A program made the position numbers and the translations under genes. A DNA stretch of 63,745 nt, filler included, from Choristocarpus tenellus KU-1152 (taxonomy: Eukaryota > Protista > Phaeophyceae): the NCBI GenBank assembly GCA_964200185.2. It is 11 parts of 11 records of this genome, joined end to end, with 100 filler letters (N's around TTAATTAATTAA, not from the genome) between each part and the next. Parts side by side here need not be neighbours in the genome. Positions count along the whole stretch, not along the records: positions 37,141 to 41,546 come from CAXNAD020014699.1; positions 41,647 to 47,245 come from CAXNAD020010290.1; positions 47,346 to 60,767 come from CAXNAD020001498.1; 8 more parts are not named here. One strand, written 5' to 3'. A model generated the notes under the pieces. It had not been told where the DNA came from. It did not search any database and worked only from the letters and a program-made list of their open reading frames with translations. Shown here one piece after another: positions 38,364-50,261 of the stretch (its first letter is position 1; each line of letters starts with the position of its first letter).

Positions 38364-40977
38364 TCAAGGTACATATGACAGCGTTAAATTCCGTGGAGCA
38401 TGGATAATCTGGTAGACAACTTGGTTTGGCATTGGAAAGTGGGAGAGGAATCGAGAGTAGAGAATAGGCGATAGGCCATGCTATCGATCAGCCAAGGTAA
38501 AGAAAAATAGGTCATCTTGGACACCGCCTCTACGGAAATTATAACGAATGCCTTTGTGACTCATTGGTGGCGCCAGCAATCGACAACCCTGCCAATACGG
38601 AGCATAAGATAGGGGCATTTCAGACAAGTCGCTATTGTGTCTGAGTGAAAGGGAATGACTACTGGCAAGTTACTGCTGAAATGTGTAACAAAATCTGTTT
38701 GGCGCACCTTTCCATCCGTTAAACAGCGATGAGTGCTTCAACCACTAGACAATGAATGCCCTTGTACCTAGCAAGATTGATTGACCTCTGGGCACCTTTG
38801 GTGAAGTTTTACATTCTTCGACTTAAAGTATGTACTCGTAGGAACAATTCGGTCGGTACAATGATGTGCTTCCGTCGGTATTGCTTGAAGTTTTAACAAA
38901 TTTAAAATCGAGATCTACATATGTCCCTGTCCTCCCAGAATCGACGGACGACGGCTGAGGTTGGAGGAGAAAAGAGATCGTGTTCATGTCGGACAGTAGT
39001 GATGAAGATTATTTCACCCTCCCAGAGACGACGAGGTGGGTTACTGAGCTTCATTTTCCGCCGTTACTAGCTGTCTCTAGCACATGAGGTCGCACCCACC
39101 CCTCCTAAACTTCCCTCTATCACTTACATGTACAGGTCCAAACTAGCCCTACCAAGGCATGATTATAACGAACCAATGAACTCGTCATAATCCTACGATT
39201 GCCATTTAAGGCTCATTACCTGTCGGAGAGAGTCAAGGGTGCTTAGTACTTACCCCTCATCGACAGCACTTTTTTTCTGGTCAGTTTCCAAAGAGCAGCA
39301 GTTCGACTCTCTGTACCCTCGCTTGTTTCTACTTCCCTGGGGTGGACCAACCTTATCTATTGGATGAGTGCTAACACGATGATCAGAACAAAGGTTGTCG
39401 CTTGATGAAGCCTATATGGCCTTGTCTAGAAGCTAAGTACAAGCAAACCCATCTTACCATTCCGACAGACCGCCCCATTTTCGAGGAATCTTAGCTTAAC
39501 TGGATACCACAATTTAACCCCCCCTTCTTCCGATAGTATCTGGGAGCAGGTTTTTAATGGTTTTTGGTAGTAGAAGGACGACAACCACTACACAGTATTG
39601 AAAATGCTGTGTAGGCAAATTCCTGTTGAATGTGTAGGTCCTGTACAAGATATCATGTCATTCTTTGTGCTGCCTTCCAGCTCAGCTACTCATTTCGCAT
39701 CACTTGTCTAATGATATCACCTAGTAGGCCTTCGCGCTGCCTTTTAAAAGCGGCATATGGCCATATGTTAAGCATCGTCTTCTGCAATAAGGAATACATC
39801 TACCAAAATGTCTATCTTGTGCTCCCCATCCCCCAACGACCCCTGTCGTGACAGGTCAGTGAGGGCCAAAAAAACTGCGGATCCTAGCAAGGGATTTTCC
39901 ATCGATGATCTCCTTGAAGAAGCAAAGGTGAGGTAGTGTATGTGTGTTATGACCGGATGCAAATTTTTGGTGAGGTGTCCATTGAAATCGATGTTCCTCA
40001 AGAATGATGCTCTGACATTGGTATGCTTCAAGGGATAAGGTTGAGAAGCTAAGCTTTGGATTGAATGGTGGCACACAGTCTAGCTTCTTGTGCTGTCCTA
40101 CAACTGATATCTTGTACGTGTAAGCACTGTGAGTTGCTGCACTAAACCACCATACACACCCGCACAGCTAGGTGATACTACCTCATCTGTGCTGAAGCAG
40201 TTAGTTTGCTGTTTTTGAATCTGGAGCTCTGCTCTGGTCTACATGAAGTGCCTTTTGCTTCTGCAGTATCCTACAGGAAAACCACTAATGAAATTTTGTC
40301 TCACCTGCCCCGTTGTTGAGTTTGTGCAACAAAGTTTCCTTTTATGGGTGACTGTGTTGAGCACCTTACATCTACTGTAAATCAATGCCCTTTTCACACT
40401 GTAGTTGGGCCCTGAATGGTGATTTCAAGGTGCAGTGCCATGAAAACGATAAGACCACAATTGGGGTTCGTATGAAGCCCAAACGCACATCCTCATTGTT
40501 GTATCAGAGCCAACACAGTGACCATATTACCATCCCCTAGAAATCATTCTTCTCATGCCAGGCTTGGAACGTGACAAGCCTGAGATGCTGAGAACAAACA
40601 GCCCCCTCAAGGAGAGAGTGTCGAAGAATTGCAGAAACGATCTAAATTGTACTCTGACAGTACAAGGTCTTCTTTCCTTGTACCAGAAGTATAACAAGGT
40701 GTTCTACCGTGTGCTGTGCATCATATGGTACTTTTCCATATCTTTTGAAAGGAGAGTACCTCCCCAGGACTCACAGAATGCTGTTGTGCTCTCCACAGTT
40801 TCCACTCGAACTGAGAATTATGTCACCAACTGATCATACACCCCCAGGCCTCAGGAACGGAAGAAACGCAACAAGTGACGCTTCTGCTCCTGAGGGTCTA
40901 CCAACAGGGCCACAATATCCTTGTTCTAAAGTGCTAGAGTACTACTTAGGGTTTTTGGTTGGGGTTGGGATTGGGGT

Positions 40978-41021
40978 TTAGGGTTAGGGTTAGGGTTAGG
41001 GTTAGGGTTAACTCTAACCCT
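40978..41021. repeat. Interstitial telomere-like repeat (TTAGGG)5 with a short inverted continuation
   Basis: Five perfect TTAGGG units at 40978-41007, followed by TTAACTCTAACCCT. Confidence 0.8.
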
Positions 41022-43812
41022 CTACAAACAGTGCAAATAAGCACTTAGGGATGCTTTCATTCATGAAGGTCACCTATCCCCTGTAGAGATGTGTGACACC
41101 TGGCAGGTGAATGGCCAAGTTCGCCCTGCATCACAAGCCCTTCGTTGCCACTGGCATCGCTCCAAAGGGTTCTCCCTACCACCCCTCCTCTTTCCCACGA
41201 TCAGTGTGGGTTTTGACCATGGCTACTACTGGACTCATCACGCTCTACTACAATAGGCAGAATTTTCATTGGTATCCTTGGGGATGTGCAGACTGCGTAG
41301 GGATCATTGGATGGGACGAGTGAACTCAGAATGAACTCTAGCTATCCCTGATGAACTACTCCTCTCCTCTACCCAGTTTTACTACTAGACTGCTTTCTGG
41401 GTGCTCTTAGCATCCTGCAGGTCGATTAGCACCCAAGATTGTCCATCTTTTGTGGTTCTAATTGTTGTTTAAGGTTAGGGTAAGGGTTTGTGTTAGTACA
41501 ACAGAGCCAGCCACGCCTGTAGTGTCTACAAAGGCATAGGTGGGGGNNNNNNNNNNNNNNNNNNNNNNNNNNNNNNNNNNNNNNNNNNNNTTAATTAATT
41601 AANNNNNNNNNNNNNNNNNNNNNNNNNNNNNNNNNNNNNNNNNNNNAAGAGACACCCCCACATCAGACGCCAAAGCTACCTCCTCAACACACACAGGCCC
41701 CCCCCCCACGCCTATGCTATATTGTTGTAAGAATGGCAAACACTAGAGCGCAGGAAGATCACACCTCAACACGTATCTACTACGACCAGTGGCCACCCCA
41801 AGAGAGTACTCAAACGAACAGTAGGGGTACTGAACATAGTAGTTTTTGGTGGGAAGACCATTTTCATTCTCGTTACAATAAAGAAAGGCTCTCACGTCTA
41901 CCCTTGCACTTGCCGGGAAAGGGTGTCTATTGCACCGGAGGTAACCTACGCAGTCAATTGTTGTATTCAATTGGTGTGTTCAGTTAGGGCCCACCACACA
42001 CAACTAACCAATTCACATTCCAAAAATTCTAACGGTTGATACTTTGTACTTGACCCTGACTGGAGAGACTAAATTCTCAACGGGATTTGTATCCGCTGGA
42101 CCTAACTCTCACACTTAGAACATTTCTATTGTACTCAGGAGCTTTTCTTTTTTGGGGGGGGGATAGTATTTATTTTATTTGGGGATAGACATGAACAGTA
42201 TTTGTCACGTACATATTTAATATATACTCACTGCATTACTTGCTCACCAAGATACATCTCCAGGGGAACATCAGATTCACTACTGTGTCGTTCACAAAGC
42301 TCTGCACAAGATACTGCAACAGTCTCTTGTGTCCAGTGCACCGCTAGGATTTACTGTCATGCAGCATGTCCAGCTAGAAAGCATAATTTCAAGTACCAAC
42401 TGCACCATTAGGCAGGCCTTGTGAAATGTCAACAGTTTTTTTTCAACTGATGTCACCCTTTATTAACAGAAGTGCACCTATTGCATGCATGTGCAAAACT
42501 GTGTTAACTTTCTTTCGTAGATTTTCATTCTTTTCTAGTTTTGCACCCCTGCTGTGATAGACATCTTAGGTGGACTGAAAAGAAGCACCACATACATGAA
42601 GCAAAATAACAAACAGCGACATGCCTACCACGCCTCCTTCACCTGCGTTGTTGAGTGACCGTCCCCTGTTGCGCTGCCAGCAGACGACCAGTCCATGGCG
42701 ACATAAATGCCCCTACCCCCCCCGTGCCCACCGCGCACAGCCCTAGTACCAGCTGAGCGCGCATGATTGAGAAATAGCTTGACAGGGCAGAGGGGCGAGG
42801 GAGAGCGATGGGATATCAGTAAGCGAGGAGATTTAACCCATTTCTGTTGGTCAGATAGAAAGGATTTTGAATTCGAAGGATCGAATTGCATTGCCTGCCG
42901 AACATCAGTCGTTATGTAGGGGGGAAATGGTGAGCGACATGACGTTCATGAACATGTAGATGGTGTACTTTAGGGATCTATGCAGGAGGTGAGGCAAACC
43001 CTTCAGGGAGAAAGTTGATATTATCACCATCCTTGAAAGCATCTACCTGGCCCTCGAAAGTACACCATAGTGAATAATGGCATACGTAAAAAGTAAATGT
43101 AGAGGCGAGGGACTATCGGTCCGTGTGCAACAAAAAAGTTTAGGATAGAGAAGTAACTACAAGACTTGAGTATCTACCACAAAGGCTGTTCACTGCACAA
43201 ACGATTTACTAAAGGACATGCTGAGTATACATCACGTAGCATTATAGCACACCAAAATCAAAAGCGGCGGCTCAAGTTTTCATGTAAGTGAAGGTTATAT
43301 GAGCCTCAACAAGCATAAACACACCAAACGAATCACCCTATCATTCATGAAAATTTAACACTATACCTTCTCCCAACAGGGTGTTCCTTCCTTTCAAAAA
43401 ATTTCCTTACCCAGGCTCCTGTCCCTTAGGTGGAGCGCGTGCTAATGCTCCAAGATGGAAGCAAGTCAAAAATGCACAGAGTACTCGGGTAGTGACAAAA
43501 AATGAAATAAGGGCAACCACAACAAAAGGTTTCCTTTCTCTGATTGAAAGGATATGAACAGCCTTAGCCCAGGCTACCCGCCTCAGCTAGTTCTAACCAA
43601 GACCCGTCACCTCTAAAGTATGCTGACTTGTGACGAAGCAGGCTTGATGTTTGAACAACTGTCTTGTTCATGCTAATGAAGGACACTTACAGCCCCACGC
43701 GGAAAACTTTCCAGAATATCGAGGCGTGAATGAGCTTTTCTTCATGAACATCAACATTATTGTTGTTGCTTATGTTTGGGGCGAACACGACATTTAAACA
43801 GGAGACAGCGTG

Positions 43813-44829
43813 ATGAGGCCTGCCATCTGGATATGGGTAGCCTGGCTTTCGTTATACAAGACATGTACCGCCTTCAATACGTTATTGCCGCGCCCCCGTA
43901 CTCCGCTTCGGTGTAGGATGACGGCCACAAGCCCGAAGAGTACCTCTGGGAGTGGGTTCGGACAAAAGAAAGATGACTCAAGTGATGTACCGAAGGATGA
44001 AACTCCCTCGACCCAGTCGGAGGAGAGGGAGATTATGACGGGTATTATAGGTACCCTCTATTCATCGCGAGGCGAGGTCATCCGCGAGCTGAATAGCAAC
44101 GAGTACCTTGAAGTCATGCGTGATTGGTGAGTAATTTTGGAGTGCCAGACGATCTTGCGAGGAAGTCGCTGTGGGTGAATGATGCAATATGATGTCTCGC
44201 TAAGGATTCCCTTTTTTTTGCTAGCACTGGTCTCTTCAAGGTAAGCGTTTTGTCGCTGTACTTGTCAGCTGGCGGGCAACATGTCCTAACTCGGCCAATA
44301 GTGCTTTGTCCGTTCTTTAGGTATAGAATCCCACAGAGTTAGTCGTGCTTATTGTTATATGTATTGCTTGGAACTTAGTGGCTAGTGCTTACGGTGCATC
44401 AAACGTCGCCAACTGTGCTCTTTGCTTATTTGCAGGGCGCCTGTTGCCTCTTTCGCTGCATCCCAAGCTGATGACGAGAAAATTAAAGCCAGTGCCACGT
44501 CTATCCTCGAGTCCCTTCGAGGTATGGCGCAGTGGCAGCCAAAGAAGAAGGGCGACTACAGAAAACCGGGATCGAAGTTTGCCTTTGGGGTACCCTTCGT
44601 GGCCGTCAAGAATGATATCATCGACGCACTCGCATGCCTGCAGGTATCGGAGGAGGAGGGTGTGGTCATAGAGTGGATATGCCAAAACCCCTTCACCCTG
44701 GGCGTGGAGGGCAACGCTGTCGAGTGGCTGACGAAGGGTATCGTGACTTTGTGTAGCAAAAGGCTGGAAATGCCGGTGACTGTTGCTCCAGCGGCACGAT
44801 TGGACAGTATACCCAAAAGTAGTGATTAG
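43813..44829 (+). CDS. Plastid-targeted protein of unknown function (complete, 2 exons, ~235 aa)
   Basis: Exons 43813-44126 (GT donor) and 44436-44829 (CAG acceptor) join in frame as ...VMRDW-APVASFAA.... The N-terminus is a hydrophobic signal ending TCTA-F, followed by an R/P/S/T-rich transit peptide and a GSGFG motif typical of plastid proteins. Confidence 0.75.
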
Positions 44830-46251
44830 GCCTGTCGTCAGTGGTGTGTTGTGTCATAGATCCAAAAGCCGCTGTAATATAGTAGGGGTGCTAACCTAAG
44901 GGATATCAATTGTGCCTTGTGAATTGCCCCATGTCTATACACAGGGCACACATGATCATACATGTTCTTGTCAAATGTCGCCTCATGCAACAAGCAAAAC
45001 GCAGGGGTTTTGCGCAAAAGTTTCTTTATCGAATCTGTTTATTTTATTTCAAGAACAGAGGGTTTTACTGTTGCTGACTATACACAGTGATATCAACTGT
45101 ACATCTCGAGGGGGGAGTGGGTATGAGAGCTTATTTCTGCCTGGGCACTGGCTCCAAAGGCCTCACAATAGCCAAGGATACAGCGCATTTCTCTCCTAGA
45201 CTAAAAAAAGCATCCCGAACATTTCACCATCTTCAATGCATCTTTATTCTGTCACCATAAATAAAGGTTCCAAATAAATTAGAAACGTGCCCTTGTATCA
45301 GTTACACAATTTTCAGTGAAAGGCATCCCTGCTATAAGCTTGAGATAGGAAATAATATTGTTGTCCCAGATGTTCACACCATGGCACTGTTAGCACATAT
45401 TAAGAGGCCTTGTTGAGGCTAAGGAAAGGCAGTATAGTATGGGAGAGCATCACTCCCAGTCTGATGGCTTGAGGGCATGTTGAAAATCCCTTCAAGTGCT
45501 GCAATGGATCTGGAACCCTCCTTCACAAGGACAACTGATCAATGAGAGACCAGATTCATCCAGTGCTCAGAACCCTCTCACCTGAACTTTTATGTTCTTT
45601 TTTGGAGTACGGACGAACTTCCCACTGGTACGAAAGACTTCGGTCTAACAGTCATCATATGGGAGTAGGTAGGATCCAAGGTACGCCAATGGACTCCACT
45701 GGTGAGAAAGTGAGAGCACAAGGCAAATTTACTTCAAAGTCAACAATTCTACAGGATGCATTACTTTCGGGCGAACCTCCAAGTCCAGTCCAGGTCCAAC
45801 ATTTATGTATTTCCTATTACCTAGTGCTGGGACAAAAGGTCATCGGCACAATAACCAGTGCTAGAGGGGGGCTTCCTTTCTTGGGGTACGCAAGGGAGTG
45901 ATGTAATTAATCTCTCTGCATTACATGCACTCACACACCTGTATTATCGTGATTAGCAATATATGAGGTATTGGTCTTCACTGTGTAGTTCACCACAGCG
46001 AATGTCGTACCCATCCTCTAGGGCAAAAACCTTCCTCCCTAATTGGACTCTTCACAAGCCGTAGTAGGGGACACGAGTACAACGTACAAGAATGAACAAA
46101 AATCTCTCAACTCACCCAAAAAGGGGAAACCATCGCCCCCACCACCTCCTACCCACTTCTCTCTTCAAGTCCGTCTCCCTCCCAACAGCTTCCTAGTGCC
46201 CCGATCAGTACTATATAATAGTACCCCTTTCGGATCAGTGTTAAATCTATA

Positions 46252-46842
46252 CTATAGTTCTGGGTCAGCACCAAGACTTTTCCGGGCCTTAGACAAATAA
46301 TTAGCAATGCTAAGACCCGATCGCCTAGGCTCACTAGAGGCAGGAGCTGCCATCCTCTGTCCCTTGGCCTTGAGGCTCATGGCTGCAGCCCTGCCAGCCT
46401 CGAGCACATCCCTCCCCTCAAAACTATGAGCCTTCTGCAACACAGCATGCGGAGCCTGCATCGAGGCATCCGCAACCTCTCGCGCCCCCGACCCATCCTT
46501 CGCCAACTCCTCCGATGCCTCCGACTTGCTCTCCCCTGCCTCATCCCCGCCGCCCTCACCCTCAGGACTGTCTCCAGGCACACCCGATGATGCCGGAGCT
46601 TTATTACTCTGAACAGACCACAAGATCTTCGGCCGGCACGCTCTCCGCTGAAAGGGGTCAAACTCCTCCACTGACCCCCCATTGGCCTTCTCCTGCCGAC
46701 GCCGGCTGTCTTCTTGCCGTTTCTCCCTACCCTTGACAGTGTCCGTTGTCACATTGTGTACCCGGTTGCGCTCGTTGATCTTGCGCATCCGCTGGGCTCC
46801 CATGTTGTAGCTCTCCTTCTTCTTGGATTCCTTCGCATCCAA
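46252..46842 (-). CDS. RTF1: RNA polymerase-associated protein RTF1 (Paf1 complex), last exon
   Basis: CAG acceptor at 46843-46845. The peptide MRKINERNRVHN...FDPFQRRACRPKILW...LQKAHSFE...GLSIANYLSKARK matches the Rtf1 C-terminal motifs IN.RNR..N, DPF.RR..KP, HDF and L...DY. No upstream exons were found in the window. Confidence 0.75.
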   Translation of the reverse strand: MDAKESKKKESYNMGAQRMRKINERNRVHNVTTDTVKGREKRQEDSRRRQEKANGGSVEEFDPFQRRACRPKILWSVQSNKAPASSGVPGDSPEGEGGGDEAGESKSEASEELAKDGSGAREVADASMQAPHAVLQKAHSFEGRDVLEAGRAAAMSLKAKGQRMAAPASSEPRRSGLSIANYLSKARKSLGADPEL

Positions 46843-47036
46843 CTGTTGGGTGGGAGGGGGTCGAGGTTTCATGGCAGGGCGGACAAGCACGTTCCGAAAT
46901 AATAATAATATAATAATAATATAATAATAATATATCCGGAAGATGATGGTATTTCCTTTTCGGAGGGGGAGCTAGAAAAATAACTATTGCAATCGGCAAT
47001 TCCCAAAGGGCTGTTCCTAATAAAAGGGCAGAAATA

Positions 47037-47220
47037 GGTCAAAAGTATCTGGGGGGGGGGGGGGGGGCGGGTGGCGGCTGTTCATTTGGGGCCAATTTTT
47101 TCCATGTCACGATTTTTGGGTGATTTGGTTGCATGTGTCAGATGGATAATGTACGTGCACTTCACCTGGTGATGGCTCCAATGGACACCCTGGTGTAGAC
47201 CCCACCCCCCCCCCCCCCTC
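47037..47220. mobile_element. MITE family B copy
   Basis: AAAAGTATCTG(n)...TCATTTGGGGCCAATT...ATGTCACGATTTTTG...CAGATGGATAATGTA...CCCTGGTGTAGACCCC aligns with 36083-36254. Confidence 0.8.
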
Positions 47221-49224
47221 CCCTTTGGTCTTATCAGGCGCACCANNNNNNNNNNNNNNNNNNNNNNNNNNNNNNNNNNNNNNNNNNNNTTAATTAATTA
47301 ANNNNNNNNNNNNNNNNNNNNNNNNNNNNNNNNNNNNNNNNNNNNGGTGCAAAAAAAAAAAAAAAAAAAAGGGGTGGGCGAGGGGACGGAGGGGTGGGGG
47401 GGGGGGGGTGGGGGGGGGGGGGGGGGGGGGGGGGCAACCAAGAGCGATCCGTATTTTTCGTGGTTTTATGCAGACTATAGACTCTAACATGCCATGATCC
47501 TAACTACAAATCTGCTCTAGCAAAAGGGAGTGCAGTGGAGGGTGGGATGGTCCTGTGGGTAGGAAAAACAAATGGGGGGATGCAAGGTTAGGATTGAGGT
47601 TTTCAAGGGGTTTTTGTGTTTTGTTATTGTCGAGGTTGTGAGGATAGAAGGCACCTGTGCATAATGGGCGACATTTTCCACAAATGGGATGGCCTGTATG
47701 TTGTTGCATTGAGCCAACAGGATTACAGCAGCAACCCCTATCTGTTTGATCTTGGGAATGAGGAAGATGGGGTTTGTGGGTGCGATTGAACTGAACTCAT
47801 GTGGGATGTGAAGATGCACCTAGTTGGTGTTTTCTTGAAATGATTCGGTAGTGTGAGAAATGTCGTTTCTCCCCGGAGACAGCTGACTGTCTGCCTGGTT
47901 GGCAATATTGTTTGTGGTTGGAGTTGATTGTTCATGCTCATCTTTGTGCATAGTTGTATCGATTGTTACGAAAAACTTGTATGTGTGAGCATCCTGTGTG
48001 TCATCGCTTGAGAGCTTTATTTTGTGAGTTTGAAGTTGTGCCACCAAGATTGTGGGTGGTATGGTTCAAATCATTTCAGGCAAAGAAATAATTAGTCCCT
48101 GTCAAGATCCTTGAGTCCCTTACAATTGGGGGAGGATCAAGAAGTGGGGTTAGGGCGGAGGGCTTCTCTTGTTGAGATGTGGAATGCTCATTTTGATGGA
48201 ATTATTTTGATGGAATTCATGTGTGTACTGCTGTGCTCTGTGTAGTGTTTTGATGTTCTCATTGTTACTGCAGTTAAATTTTTAAGATAAATTTGTCTGT
48301 ATTGGTGGTAGGTGTTGGGGGTTTGATGTTAAAAATTTGTATCCAATGGTTTCACCATGTATTCAGCCAGGGTTAGGGTTGAGGTTAGGGTCGGGCTAAG
48401 TGTTAGGGTGTCACCACTAGTCCACACCCCATGGTATCTTACACAGGAATCCATGTTAGTTGCAGTATGTGGCAATTGTCAGTTTGTTAGATAACAGCAT
48501 GTCATGGCATGACTGCATCCTTGATTTAGCTGGAGCCAGATCCCTTCATCAGTAGGGCCGCCCTGCCATAGACATGTTTGTGTGCCACCTATGTATCTTT
48601 TTTCAATCTGTACAACACATGAGGTGGATGTTGTGTGGACAGATAAACTGCAAAATATTTTGAGATAGGGTTGTTGCAAGGTTTGTAGCAAAAGGGTTGT
48701 CGAACTGATACTCCATATATTTTGTTGTACTACGTAAAGAGTGCTTTGGGTGTATGTTGTTAGGTACATTGAGTTGATGGCTTCCCCCTCCCTATGTTTT
48801 CCTGCTCTAGGTGTAGCGGTTGCAATAAGAGGATCAAATGTGCCTGGATTGCTTGGCCTTGGCCTCACAAGTTTCATCAGTGTTGGTATGTTTGCACACT
48901 GTCTGTTGTGCGTGTGGAGGCGTTTATTAGAGTCCTTTTCTTGCAATTTTTTCCGCATGGTGTGTGTTGTTCTGTTGTTGATGATGTTGTTATGGGCGGG
49001 GGAAGGGGGTAGACTTGCTTGAAGAATGCTGCGGTTGATTGTACTACGGTGAGGGTGGATACAGCTCTTTTGGTGTTGATGATGAAATATCGTTTTATGT
49101 AGGTCTCTCGACTTTCTTCTTTTCATGTATTTGCGCGTTACATTAATACGACCAAATATAACTAAATGTTCTATAGTGATTGACAAAGAAAAGTCGATCT
49201 GCAATCGAGAAAGTCGTACTTGTA

Positions 49225-49261
<37 letters not shown>

Positions 49262-50139
49262 TTACGTACACATGAACTTGGAAAAATTCTACGATTTTTC
49301 TGTGAGTGATGACCAACAAGAAAAGGAGGCTCATGATACTGGGCACACCTCCACCACCAAAAACAACTGCATTTTTTTTTACGGTTTCATCATGTGCAAC
49401 ACTCCAAAGAACTCTCATTCATGTCTTCACTGAAAAAACGTCATGAAACCTGAAGAACCACCTCCGAAGTGGTTTTATCCACACACTTTTATCTAACGTA
49501 AAATATGTAGAAAAAAGTATGAAGAATTGGATTTGTAACCAACACGCGCCACTCACTGCTTATCTATTGGACTCAAGAATGTAGTGTGTACTTGAAGGTC
49601 TATTTTTTTTGTTGGAATAGCTCCTGCTAGTTGTGTGCGTGCGTGTACTTGCATACAGCGTCACATACAAGTAACCCTTTAATAAAAAAAAACTAAGGAT
49701 GAGTGATAATCTTTCCAAGAACCGATCACCACCAATTATTTATCATGAGTGAAATCGAAGGCTCATTTGAATCTCCGTACTGATTGTGGTGTGTGCAATG
49801 CTGGCAAAGTCGTTGGGATGACTGAATCTTAACATAACCTTCGTTATTGCGCCAGAAACCACCATGGACTACTTGCTGCTGCTGCTGGTACTGGTACTAG
49901 AACTGTTGAAATTTGAACATGGTTTGTTCTTCTTGTTGCGAAGTCACCTTCTTTCCAGGAGATTTTCCGTTCTTTCGAGATTTTAGATACGTAAGTAGCA
50001 AAATCACCTCTCAGAACTGACAGTCGTGGCTTAACAATTTCCGTACTTTATGTAACCAAAAGAAACATCCTCACAGCTACTTGATTCTTTTCTGAGCATA
50101 CACTATTATCTGTGCAAAAAAAATTCATATCATTTGAAA

Positions 50140-50261
50140 AATCAACCATTTCAAGTCAGGTTTAGCACTTCATAGAAATATAGAAGAATTGAAAAAGATT
50201 GAAAAACTACGTTAAAATGCAAAATGGGTAAAAACTGAGTATCTCTCCTTTACTTTGGCTC
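50140..50261. mobile_element. MITE family E-like end (reverse orientation)
   Basis: AAAAGATTGAAAAACT...TTAAAATGCAAAATGG..AAAAACTG...TTTACTTTGGCTC is the reverse complement of 24224-24345. Confidence 0.55.

Noticed and set aside
44225-44240. 16-nt micro-exon with good AG/GT sites in the plastid-protein gene
   Set aside because: Inclusion shifts the frame into an early stop, whereas direct splicing of 44126 to 44436 is in frame.
48479-49204. 241-aa minus-strand ORF
   Set aside because: It has low-complexity CA-rich composition, no motif and no splice context.
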